Shown here piece by piece: positions 9,045 through 17,639 of a stretch of DNA of 64,000 nucleotides (position 1 is the first letter of the stretch; the number at the start of each line of letters is the position of its first letter). Position numbers and translations under genes: made by a program. The notes below the pieces were generated by a model. It searched no databases and was not told where the DNA came from. It saw only the letters and a list, made by a program, of their open reading frames with translations. This stretch comes from Bryobacterales bacterium. GTDB lineage: Bacteria; Acidobacteriota; Terriglobia; Bryobacterales; Bryobacteraceae. The stretch is taken from positions 15,103 through 79,102 of the forward strand of contig JBBSEX010000013.1 of NCBI GenBank assembly GCA_038239345.1. The letters are read 5' to 3'.

Positions 9045-9751
9045 CGGCGTCCACCGTTGCCGACGCGAAGCAACAAATTGAGGATCGAAACGAATACGTT
9101 GAACAGACCGGCGAACAAAATTAGCGCCCCGGGAATGGGGCTATCGGCCTCCGGATTGTGAATCACTTCACTGGTCCCGTATACCAGAATGCACACACCC
9201 AAAATCCCGATACCGGCGGCGATAATGATTCCCAGCAGGCCGATGTTCAAGAACATATTCAAGACGGTAGCGGCGACAATGCTTACAAAAATCCCCGTCA
9301 TTAGGCCCTTTGGAGCCGAAAATGTGCGGCCGGAGCTCATAACATATATCGTCACCGTTGCGAACACGACGAGGGTCATCACAGCCGCGATCTGAATCAT
9401 GCCTGGCGCGAACTGGCTGGCATAAAACAGAATCGGAGTCAGGACCAGACCCGAAATAAATCCGTCCGCCACCAGCGCCGTCACTCCCAATACCGGATTG
9501 TGCCGCGCGGCGATCGCCACCCGGGGCATCACGAATAGAAGTCCCATCGCCACCAGCCAGCCGATCCGGCTTCCAAAAAACTGGACGACGGGTTCGGACG
9601 AAAGACCTAAATAGCCCCCGCAAAATGCCGCAACTACGCTGAGGCTGAGCAAGAGATAGGTCTTTTTGATGACCTCGGAACGGTCGCCCACTAAGTCGTG
9701 AACGCCGAAGAATTTCTCGCCCATGCCCAAGCCATTGCTATTCGTTGCCAT
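9041..9751 (-). CDS. Bax-inhibitor-1/YccA-family integral membrane protein
   Basis: The 236-aa product has seven hydrophobic segments and a C-terminal basic tail (LLLRVGNGGRR), with the overall BI-1 pattern. Confidence 0.8.
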   Translation of the reverse strand: MATNSNGLGMGEKFFGVHDLVGDRSEVIKKTYLLLSLSVVAAFCGGYLGLSSEPVVQFFGSRIGWLVAMGLLFVMPRVAIAARHNPVLGVTALVADGFISGLVLTPILFYASQFAPGMIQIAAVMTLVVFATVTIYVMSSGRTFSAPKGLMTGIFVSIVAATVLNMFLNIGLLGIIIAAGIGILGVCILVYGTSEVIHNPEADSPIPGALILFAGLFNVFVSILNLLLRVGNGGRR

Positions 9752-9782
9752 GAGTAGTCACCTCTCTTAAGCCTAACATTGT

Positions 9783-10805
9783 CTATAGTGATTCGACCTC
9801 GAAATTGACGTCCACGCGCCATTTCCGGCCGTCCCGTTGCAACTTGTCGGCGCGGAAATAATAGCGCCCTCGATAATCTTCCAGGCGAACCGGTAGCGTC
9901 ACCGGATCCTGCCAACACGTAATTGCATAGCCGCTTTGCAGCAGTGATTCCAATAGTAAATTCACCGCTGCGGAATCGAACGCCACGGCAATGTCGATAT
10001 CGTGCGCCTCCACGGGATCACCTTGTAACATTGCCGCGAGACTTCCAATCACCGTAAAAGATACGCCAGTCTTCGCCAACTCAGCCAGAATCGCCCGGGC
10101 GTCGTCGACAGCAATTCCTCGGTCCGGCTTTCGCGCCACGATCGCATATTCATGGGATCTATTGGTGTGGAGCGGAAATAATCCCGGCGCGCTATGCGGT
10201 TTGGCATATACGATAAGGCGTTCGTCGCACAATTCCAGCCGGCGCCCGATGGCACGCGCCAAATCCCACGCTAACGGAACGAAGCCACCGTCCGGTAGAC
10301 GAATATTCTCCGCCATGGCGATCAGGAACCGGCCCGGCCGCAGATGCGTTTTCAGCGTCCGCAGTATCTCGTCCATCTGCTCCCAATAATCGGCATAGGT
10401 CTCCGCCGAATACAGTTGCAAAGTGCCGCCAGTGCCTGTATAGCCAGACCCGAAATAAGGCACGGACGTCAGAATCAAATCGACCGGCTGGCGCAATGCA
10501 AGGCAGGTCCCACATCGGATTTCGGCCGCTGGAACACGCTTCCTGGCCAGTTCAACTCGTGATGGTTCTATCTCAAAACCTAATGCCCGGCGCCCTTCCG
10601 TGCCCGCGGCTAAGAGCGTAGTGCCAAATCCCGCGAAGGGATCTAGAACCAGTTCACCGGGCTTGCTGAACTGTCTGATGAATGGCCGCATCTGCTCCAC
10701 CCATCCGCAATCGCGTCCGGCGAACTCATCACTTTCGCGGACCAGCGGATCCAGTTCGTACGCCGGATCCTGATTCGTTAAATGAATCCAGCTATTCGGC
10801 GGCAC
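9783..10805 (-). CDS. SAM-dependent methyltransferase fused to a C-terminal Pol-beta-type nucleotidyltransferase-like domain
   Basis: The 340-aa product has motif I, VLDPFAGFGTTLLAAG (aa 53-66), followed by a motif IV-like ILTSVPYFG (aa 111-119). This I-then-IV order resembles UPF0020/Trm11-type methylases. The C-terminal roughly 110 aa carry IGS-x13-DIDIAV (aa 253-274), matching the hG[GS]-x9-13-Dh[DE]h NTase signature. Confidence 0.6.
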   Translation of the reverse strand: MPPNSWIHLTNQDPAYELDPLVRESDEFAGRDCGWVEQMRPFIRQFSKPGELVLDPFAGFGTTLLAAGTEGRRALGFEIEPSRVELARKRVPAAEIRCGTCLALRQPVDLILTSVPYFGSGYTGTGGTLQLYSAETYADYWEQMDEILRTLKTHLRPGRFLIAMAENIRLPDGGFVPLAWDLARAIGRRLELCDERLIVYAKPHSAPGLFPLHTNRSHEYAIVARKPDRGIAVDDARAILAELAKTGVSFTVIGSLAAMLQGDPVEAHDIDIAVAFDSAAVNLLLESLLQSGYAITCWQDPVTLPVRLEDYRGRYYFRADKLQRDGRKWRVDVNFEVESL

Positions 10806-11952
10806 TGGTCCTCAACAGAATTTGCTTCTCCGGATCCCAATCGCCGCATAAATTTCCATTGGCATGATAGATCAGTTTGTATACGCGGCCAGATCTATGC
10901 AAGCTCTTCATTTCGGTATAATCCGAGGTCTCAAAGGTAACCCGCACATCATCGGCGAAGAGGATGCCAAGGTTCCAGAAGTAATATCCCGCGGTGCAAT
11001 GAAGCGGCTGCGTCATGCCACAAAACTCTTCATTCGCCAAGCAATCCTCAATCAGGTCTTCGATCGAGAAACGTGTTTGCTCAATCGTAATCATCGTCTT
11101 GTTTGGCCGGTACAGGCCGCCCAACCGCGACAACTCGCGAAAGACGATATCAGTAACGCCGAGGGATCTGGCCCAGGAAATATATCGCAAGACCGCGGCC
11201 GCCGAATCGACGCCGCCGCGTTGTACGATGCAGACCAGCCTCACCGGGACGTGCTCCAGTACGTCCCGAACGGTAGCGTCGTAGACATCCTGGTGGACGA
11301 TTGGCTGCCCCGCGCGAAATCGCATGATGCGCTGATTGATTTCTCCGCTGTAGTAATGGCGGGACATCTCGGCCCGGGTCAGGTTAAATTGCGCTAGTCT
11401 GGGCAGTAGAACATCGCCTGTGGTCTCGCGGCAAAGACCGGCGGCATTGGTATAGAGAACACGCTCCTCCACTGTGCCCCCGGTGGCTGCAAAGCAATCC
11501 AATTGATCCAGCAAACGAAGCAGCCAACTGGCATCGTCCGTATTCTCTAAGCCCGATAAAGAAAACGATAAGGGCAGATGTTTCAGTTCCTCCAGCGCCC
11601 GGCGCAAGCCGTCGAAATAGTCCGCCTGGGGCCGGATGGAAGCCGACAATAAGTTGGAATCGCGATGCTGCAGCGTCTCTGAACAGAAGGTGCATCGCGC
11701 CGAGCAGGGCTTCGCCGAGGCAAACGGAGTAAACGTAATCGGCTGTCCAAAAAGATATTCAATCCCGCCGATTGTGTGGTGAAGCCATCGCTCATCATCG
11801 GCGCTCGGCGTTCGCAATGCGACACTCGGAACCCAGCACTGCAAACGGGGAAACAGCCGCGAGCGTCCAAGCATTCCTAGTCGGGCAAGCGGAAGACTTT
11901 GGGCGGGAAACGTCGGAAGCATTCTCTCTAGCGTATCCGACCGGGTAAGCAT
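10792..11952 (-). CDS. Radical-SAM enzyme of unassigned subfamily
   Basis: The 386-aa product has CSARCTFC (aa 83-90; verified at nt 11706-11683 as TGC TCG GCG CGA TGC ACC TTC TGT), which is the CX3CX2C [4Fe-4S] motif. A C-terminal Cys group is present: [16 protein letters not shown] ... LCGDWD. The gene overlaps the downstream methyltransferase gene by 14 nt. Confidence 0.7.
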   Translation of the reverse strand: MLTRSDTLERMLPTFPAQSLPLARLGMLGRSRLFPRLQCWVPSVALRTPSADDERWLHHTIGGIEYLFGQPITFTPFASAKPCSARCTFCSETLQHRDSNLLSASIRPQADYFDGLRRALEELKHLPLSFSLSGLENTDDASWLLRLLDQLDCFAATGGTVEERVLYTNAAGLCRETTGDVLLPRLAQFNLTRAEMSRHYYSGEINQRIMRFRAGQPIVHQDVYDATVRDVLEHVPVRLVCIVQRGGVDSAAAVLRYISWARSLGVTDIVFRELSRLGGLYRPNKTMITIEQTRFSIEDLIEDCLANEEFCGMTQPLHCTAGYYFWNLGILFADDVRVTFETSDYTEMKSLHRSGRVYKLIYHANGNLCGDWDPEKQILLRTSAAE

Positions 11953-12003
11953 CGGAAGTCATATAAGATAACAGGACACGCCGGCACAGGAGATTTCATT
12001 CGT

Positions 12004-12444
12004 ATGTCAGTGACAAAAGAGTTTAGAGAATTCGTTATGCGAGGGAATGTTCTCGATCTGGCGGTCGGTGTCATCATCGGCGCCTCGTTCGGGAAGATCG
12101 TCTCATCGCTGACCAACGATGTCATCATGCCGCCCATCGGCCTGTTGCTTGGCAAGGTCGACTTTTCCAATTTGTTCGTCAACTTGTCGCCCGTCGCGTA
12201 CGCTTCTTTGGCGGAAGCGAAAAAGGCCGGCGCGGCCACGATCAACTACGGAATCTTCCTCAACACAATTCTTGATTTCGTAATAGTCGCGTTCGTTATT
12301 TTTCTCATCGTGAAACAGGTCAACCGTTTTCACAAGGCGCCGGAAGCAGTGCCGGTGATTGTCACCAAAGAATGTCCCTATTGCCTCAGCAAGATTGCTC
12401 TCGGAGCCACGCGATGCCCGCAGTGTACGTCGGAGTTGAAGTAG
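12004..12444 (+). CDS. mscL: Large-conductance mechanosensitive channel with a C-terminal CxxC...CxxC tail
   Basis: The 146-aa product begins [44 protein letters not shown], the canonical MscL TM1 region. The tail is [20 protein letters not shown]. Confidence 0.95.
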   Translation: MSVTKEFREFVMRGNVLDLAVGVIIGASFGKIVSSLTNDVIMPPIGLLLGKVDFSNLFVNLSPVAYASLAEAKKAGAATINYGIFLNTILDFVIVAFVIFLIVKQVNRFHKAPEAVPVIVTKECPYCLSKIALGATRCPQCTSELK

Positions 12445-12507
12445 CGACGTAAGCAAAGATTTTCAGCGCTTACTCACAGGTTTTTCAATAGATTTCAACA
12501 GCTTCTT

Positions 12508-14181
12508 CTACTTCGCCGAACCTTCTTTCAACGTCAGGATCTGATTCGCCTTCACGTTGGTATACACTTCGCGAAGGCCCAGCGGCCAACGAATTTCTAT
12601 ACTCGACGCCTCATCCGCTTCACCCAACCCGAAGTGCAGCCGTAAATCGCTTTGGGAATAAAAACTGGATTGGCTCAACACATCTTGCCGCTGCCTGCGT
12701 CCGCCCGCGGTCAGGATTACGGTTGCACCCAGCGCCGTCCGGTTTGACTTTGTGCCGATCAGTTTTAATTTCAGCCAGTGATTCGCCGCCTTCAAATCAT
12801 TCCGCAATAGCGACGGCGGTTCCCCCATGTTCATCACCAGCACGTCGATATCGCCATCATTATCGAAGTCGCCGAACGCACATCCGCGGCTGGAATGCGG
12901 CTCCAGAATTGCAGGACCCGCCTGTGCGCTGATGTCCTGCAGCACACCGCCACCCTTGTTGTGAAACACCACCCGGGGATTCTTATATTTATACTCGGCG
13001 AACGATTGCTCCACTTCCGGATATACATTTCCGTTGACGAAAAAGAGATCGGGCAGGCCATCGTTGTCCAGATCCACCAAACCTGCTCCCCAGCCCACAT
13101 AGCGCGTCAAAACGCCGAGCGAAGCCTTGGTCGTGACGTCTTCAAACAGCCCGCCGCCTTTGTTGTGATAGAGCACCGGAGTGTCATCCGCGAAATGAGT
13201 TTTGAACAAGTCCAGCCGTCCAGAATTATAAACGTCGCCGATCCCGACGCCCATACCCGCCTGCTCCCGGCCATCTTCGTTATAGGCAACACCCGACTCG
13301 AGGCCGATATCGATGAACGTACCGTCATGCTGATTTTTATAGAGGATGCTAGCCGTGGAATCGCAGGCGACGAAAATATCTGGCCATCCGTCGCCGTCGA
13401 AATCGGCCGCCACCGCCGTCATGGCGTAGCGCTTATCGGCCTTGGCGATACCAGACGCCTCAGAGACATCCGTGAACGTTCCATCGCCGTTGTTCTTGTA
13501 CAGCGCGTTCCGGCCTGTCGGCAAGCCCTTCGGACCGCAATTGACGGCGATGCCTTTCCACATGCAATTTTCCGCGGCACCAGGCTTGGGGGTCGTTTTC
13601 GGATCGAAATCGAGGTAAGTGCTAACGAATAGGTCGAGAAATCCGTCGCGATCGTAGTCGATGAAAGTGCACCCGGCGCCCCATCGCGGCTTAGGATTCA
13701 GCAGACCCGCTTGCTTCGTCACATCGGTGAATGTTCCATTGCCATTGTTGCGGTAGAGAATATTCTGGCCCCAACAGCTCAGGAAAAGGTCGTCAAAACC
13801 ATCGTTATTATAATCGCCAATACAGACTCCTGAAACCCACGCAACGCGCTCCAGGCCAGCTTTCTTGGTGACATCGCTGAATGTCCCGTCGCGATTATTT
13901 TTGTATAAGCGATTGCTGGTGGCAGGCGGCGCAGCATCCAGCCGTGAACCGCCAGGCACAAAGATATCGAGCCAGCCGTCATGGTCGAAATCGAAAAAAG
14001 CGATGCCGCACCCATTCGTTTCCAGAATGAATTGTTTATGGTCGGGCGCGCCGTAAACGATGGGTTCCGTCAAGCCCGCTTTCGCCGCAATATCGACGAA
14101 ATACGGCATTGCGTCCGCTTCCTTCGCGCGAGCCAACGCAGGCAATAGCAGCGGAAGCTTCAACAAATCGCGGCGCTTCAC
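12508..14181 (-). CDS. CRTAC1-family protein (FG-GAP/VCBS beta-propeller plus ASPIC/UnbV domain), Tat-type signal
   Basis: The 557-aa product has a KRRDLLK twin-arginine leader and repeated DxDxDGxxD loops (DFDHDGWLDIF, DYNNDGFDDLF, DYDRDGFLDLF, DFDGDGWPDIF, DLDNDGLPDLF, DFDNDGDIDVL). The C-terminal segment NRTALGATVILTAGGRRQRQDVLSQSSFYSQSDLRLHFGLG is the UnbV_ASPIC domain. Confidence 0.85.
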   Translation of the reverse strand: MKRRDLLKLPLLLPALARAKEADAMPYFVDIAAKAGLTEPIVYGAPDHKQFILETNGCGIAFFDFDHDGWLDIFVPGGSRLDAAPPATSNRLYKNNRDGTFSDVTKKAGLERVAWVSGVCIGDYNNDGFDDLFLSCWGQNILYRNNGNGTFTDVTKQAGLLNPKPRWGAGCTFIDYDRDGFLDLFVSTYLDFDPKTTPKPGAAENCMWKGIAVNCGPKGLPTGRNALYKNNGDGTFTDVSEASGIAKADKRYAMTAVAADFDGDGWPDIFVACDSTASILYKNQHDGTFIDIGLESGVAYNEDGREQAGMGVGIGDVYNSGRLDLFKTHFADDTPVLYHNKGGGLFEDVTTKASLGVLTRYVGWGAGLVDLDNDGLPDLFFVNGNVYPEVEQSFAEYKYKNPRVVFHNKGGGVLQDISAQAGPAILEPHSSRGCAFGDFDNDGDIDVLVMNMGEPPSLLRNDLKAANHWLKLKLIGTKSNRTALGATVILTAGGRRQRQDVLSQSSFYSQSDLRLHFGLGEADEASSIEIRWPLGLREVYTNVKANQILTLKEGSAK

Positions 14182-15911
14182 GATTTCGGCGCTTTCCCTT
14201 CCACAACCGTCAGAATTTGATTTACCGTCGTACCAGGGTACTTTTCTACTATTCCACTGGGCCAGCGGATCTCAATGTCGGCCTTCGCCGCCTTGCCTAA
14301 TCCGAAGTGCACGCGCATGTCATTCTGCGAAATATAACTGCCGCCGCTGCGAACCTCGTCCATTTGCCGGTGCGGACCATCCGTTGTACAAATGATGCGA
14401 GCCCCAATGCCGGAGCGGTTCGACTTCGTTCCCACCGTCTTCACCTTGATCCAGTTGTTCTTGATCGTCTGATCGCAGCGGAGCAGTTGCGGAACATCGT
14501 TGATGCAATTCACAACCACGTCGATGTCGCCGTCGTTATCGAAATCCCCAAAGGCACACCCACGCCCCGGCACTTTTTCCAGAATGCCAGGACCACCATC
14601 CATCGACACATCGGCGAACTTACCGTTACCCAAATTGCGGTACAACACCTTGCGCTCTCGATAACCGGACTCGGCGTCATTCTCGCCAACTTCCGGGTAC
14701 ACGTGTCCGTTGCACACGAAAATATCGGGCCATCCATCGTTATCGAAATCAAGAAAACCCACACCCCAGCCAAGGAAGCGCGTATTCTTTCCCAAACCGG
14801 TTTGAAACGTCATGTCTTCAAAAAATCCGTTTCCCTGATTACGATACAAGCTCGACGTATCGCCGGCGAAATTGGTTTTGACAATATCGAGTTGGCCGTC
14901 ACAATCGAAGTCCACGGCCGATACGCCCATTCCCGCTTGCGGCTTACCGTCGGCGCTATAAGCAACGCCGGCTTCGATTGCTACATCGGTAAACGTGCCA
15001 TCGTGGTTGTTCTTATAGAGTGCCGATGAGGTGGAATCGTTGGCCACGTAGATGTCGGGCCAGCCGTCATTATCGAAGTCCGCTACCAACACCCCAAGCC
15101 CGTATGTTCCCGGCGTTTTAAGAATGCCCGAGGTCTCCGATACGTCAGTGAACGTACCGTCGCCGTTGTTGTGAAACAGAATATTCTTTCCCCCTTGTAA
15201 GCCTGGAGGACCGCAGGCGACTACCAACCCTTTATAGAGACACGGGCCCGATTCGGGCAGAGGCGCGGTCTTCGGATCGAAGTCGATATAGTTGGCCACA
15301 AATAAATCCAGGTGGCCGTCACGATCGTAATCCAGGAATGCACAGCCCGTGTTCCAGCGCTGCAGACCAGTAGTTGTACGGCTAGTCACACCCGCCTTCA
15401 ACGCGACATCGGTAAACGTTCCGTTGCCGTTGTTTCGATACAGCGCGCAGTCGCCCCAATACGTTACGAAGAGGTCCTCATGGCCGTCGTTGTTATAGTC
15501 GCCCACACAAACGCCTTGCCCCCAGCCCGTTCTAACCAGACCCGCTTTAGCGGTTACATCGGTGAAAGTACCGTCGCGATTGTTCTTGTAAAGACGGCCC
15601 GTGGGCTCTTCCCCCTTGGCATATTTCGCTTCAAAGCGCGTTCCATTCACCAGGAAGATGTCCAGCCAACCGTCATCGTCATAGTCGAAGAACGCGACGC
15701 CGCATCCGGTAGTCTCGAGCAAAAAACGATTCCGCTTTTCGCTGCCGAACGTGGTCTTCATGCGCAATCCGGCCTCGCGCGCTACATTGACGAATTGAAA
15801 ACCTAAGGGAAGTCCTTGCACCAATTGATCGAAAGTGAAGACGCCTGCGGTGGCGCAGATCGATTGTATAAACCTCCGGCGCGTCGGCACTACGGCCTTC
15901 CTTGTCGACAC
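14178..15911 (-). CDS. CRTAC1-family protein (FG-GAP beta-propeller plus ASPIC/UnbV), paralogue of the downstream gene, Tat-type signal
   Basis: The 577-aa product has a TRRRFIQS leader, seven FG-GAP Ca-loop repeats (DYDDDGWLDIF ... DFDNDGDIDVV) and a C-terminal NRSGIGARIICTTDGPHRQMDEVRSGGSYISQNDMRVHFGLG. It overlaps the next gene by 4 nt. Confidence 0.85.
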   Translation of the reverse strand: MSTRKAVVPTRRRFIQSICATAGVFTFDQLVQGLPLGFQFVNVAREAGLRMKTTFGSEKRNRFLLETTGCGVAFFDYDDDGWLDIFLVNGTRFEAKYAKGEEPTGRLYKNNRDGTFTDVTAKAGLVRTGWGQGVCVGDYNNDGHEDLFVTYWGDCALYRNNGNGTFTDVALKAGVTSRTTTGLQRWNTGCAFLDYDRDGHLDLFVANYIDFDPKTAPLPESGPCLYKGLVVACGPPGLQGGKNILFHNNGDGTFTDVSETSGILKTPGTYGLGVLVADFDNDGWPDIYVANDSTSSALYKNNHDGTFTDVAIEAGVAYSADGKPQAGMGVSAVDFDCDGQLDIVKTNFAGDTSSLYRNQGNGFFEDMTFQTGLGKNTRFLGWGVGFLDFDNDGWPDIFVCNGHVYPEVGENDAESGYRERKVLYRNLGNGKFADVSMDGGPGILEKVPGRGCAFGDFDNDGDIDVVVNCINDVPQLLRCDQTIKNNWIKVKTVGTKSNRSGIGARIICTTDGPHRQMDEVRSGGSYISQNDMRVHFGLGKAAKADIEIRWPSGIVEKYPGTTVNQILTVVEGKAPKS

Positions 15912-16082
15912 GAAAAAGGTTGGCGCGAAAAAGCGTGCCGCAGTTTACATGTTTCCGAGGGAATAATTTTGTCGTCAGTGAAAGTAAATGCAATCACTGG
16001 CGGAAGCATCCAAAACACAAAGATGAGCGACTTCGGAAGCATGCTGGAGAAGGACAAATGTGACCGGCCGCCCGTTTCAACT

Positions 16083-17639
16083 ATGTTACCGAATGTTATG
16101 AAGTATGGGGTGATTTGTTTTGTCATCACCTTGGCTGCGGCGTTCGCGGAGGAACCTGCCTGCGCGAGTTGCCATCCCCGGGAGACCGCTAACTATCGTC
16201 CTACCGCGATGGCAAACTCCATTTCGGCTCCTGGCGACAATGGCGGTGGGCGAATCGTTCACAAGCCATCGGGCAGTACGATCGACATCATTCAACTTAA
16301 CGACACGATGATTCATCGCCTAAGCGAAGGTGGACGTTTCGCCGAACATCCCGTGGCTTATGCGGTAGGCGCCGGCATAGTGGGGAAGAGTTTTCTGGTT
16401 CGGATTGGGAAATACCTGTTTCAATCGCCGGCATCGTATTACACGACACGTAAGGGTTGGGATCTGACGCCTGGTTATGAACCGGAACGTCACCTCGACT
16501 TCGATCACGAAATTTCGTCCGGCTGCCTGTTCTGCCATACAGGGGCGGTGCATCTGATTGAAGGAAGCAACAATCGTTATCAAGAGATCCCGTTCACTTC
16601 GATCTCTTGCGAGCGTTGCCATGGACCCTCGGCCGCCCATATAGCGCACCATTCCAAACAGAACATCGTAAATCCAGCTACGCTCAGTGCGCGGGCCCGC
16701 GATAGTGTCTGCGAGCAGTGTCCCCTGGAAGGCGCGATGCGTATCTTGAATCCTGGCAAAGACTGGTGGGATTTCCGTGCGGGTCTGCCATTGGAGCAGG
16801 TCTTTTCGGTATATGTAGCGAAACCGGTCATAGACCTCCGGGCTGTCAGTCAGGTAGAACAGCTTGCCGATATCGCGTGCGCTCGCGGCGGAACAGTGTG
16901 GTGCGGCACTTGTCACGATCCTCACGGCGATGTGGTCGCGGATCGTAAGCGGCAAGTGAGGCAGATTTGTACTTCGTGCCATCAACAGCTTTCCCAAATC
17001 TCACATCCGCCGTCACTCGCCGAGTGCACCAGCTGTCACATGCCATCGCGCGATGCGAACGATGTCGCGCATGCAGCCGTAACCGACCATCGAATCTTGC
17101 GCCGTCCCGATGTTTCAGTCGCGAGCGTCAGAAACCCGCCCTTGCACGTAGCCGCCTGGCATGAGCCGGACGTCAGCATCAGGCAGAGAAATTTCGGACT
17201 GGCCTCTTTGGCAATTGCCGAAGAGCATCGATCGTCGACGATGGCGCTTGAGTCCGTGCGCCTATTAACTACTACTCTTCCGCAGCCGATTTCCGGGGAT
17301 CCGGAAGTACTCGAGGCGCTCGGATCCGTGCTCCTCCAACAATGCCGGCCCGCTGACGCAAGGGGATTATTCTCCGCGGCTCTTGCTAAAGATTCCAACA
17401 ACGCCGTCTTGGCGCTCGACCTTGGAATCGCTTGCGAAGAAGCGGCCGATCAGGGTTGCGCCATTCGTAACCTCAATCGCGCAATCCTACTCGACCCTTC
17501 GCTGCGGCGGGCCTACTTCGAACTCGCAAAAGTATATGGAACCGGCCGGCAATCCGTGGCTCGGCGTCAAGTTCTGCAACGATACTTAAAGCCATTCCCG
17601 GACAGTATCGCCGCCCAATTATTGCTTGCCGCCGACTAG
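16083..17639 (+). CDS. Secreted multiheme c-type cytochrome (six CXXCH) with a C-terminal TPR region
   Basis: Heme motifs are CASCH, CLFCH, CERCH, CGTCH, CTSCH and CTSCH, plus a degenerate CEQCP. The signal peptide MKYGVICFVITLAAAFA follows the Met at 16083/16098. The C-terminal roughly 150 aa are TPR-like. The track ORF start at 15816 overlaps the divergent neighbour and was rejected. Confidence 0.8.
   Translation: MLPNVMKYGVICFVITLAAAFAEEPACASCHPRETANYRPTAMANSISAPGDNGGGRIVHKPSGSTIDIIQLNDTMIHRLSEGGRFAEHPVAYAVGAGIVGKSFLVRIGKYLFQSPASYYTTRKGWDLTPGYEPERHLDFDHEISSGCLFCHTGAVHLIEGSNNRYQEIPFTSISCERCHGPSAAHIAHHSKQNIVNPATLSARARDSVCEQCPLEGAMRILNPGKDWWDFRAGLPLEQVFSVYVAKPVIDLRAVSQVEQLADIACARGGTVWCGTCHDPHGDVVADRKRQVRQICTSCHQQLSQISHPPSLAECTSCHMPSRDANDVAHAAVTDHRILRRPDVSVASVRNPPLHVAAWHEPDVSIRQRNFGLASLAIAEEHRSSTMALESVRLLTTTLPQPISGDPEVLEALGSVLLQQCRPADARGLFSAALAKDSNNAVLALDLGIACEEAADQGCAIRNLNRAILLDPSLRRAYFELAKVYGTGRQSVARRQVLQRYLKPFPDSIAAQLLLAAD

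Noticed and set aside
12449-12473. A hairpin (GTAAGC-N13-GCTTAC) lies between the convergent mscL and CRTAC1 genes and could be a terminator.
   Set aside because: The stem is only 6 bp with a 13-nt loop, and no adjacent T-run follows it on either strand. It is too weak to call.
12895-15806. Long plus-strand ORFs (12895-13632, 14307-15029 and 15312-15806; 164-245 aa) lie opposite the two CRTAC1 genes.
   Set aside because: Their translations are low-complexity and Arg/His/Ile-rich with no motifs. They lie entirely antisense to ORFs with strong family signatures. These are typical shadow ORFs of high-GC coding DNA.
15816-16082. An upstream extension of the cytochrome ORF overlaps the divergent CRTAC1 gene.
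   Set aside because: The signal peptide begins only at Met 16083/16098. The extension overlaps the neighbouring gene's 5' end on the other strand.
16320-16997. A 225-aa minus-strand ORF lies opposite the multiheme cytochrome gene.
   Set aside because: The plus-strand frame carries six CXXCH motifs and a signal peptide. The antisense frame has nothing recognisable.
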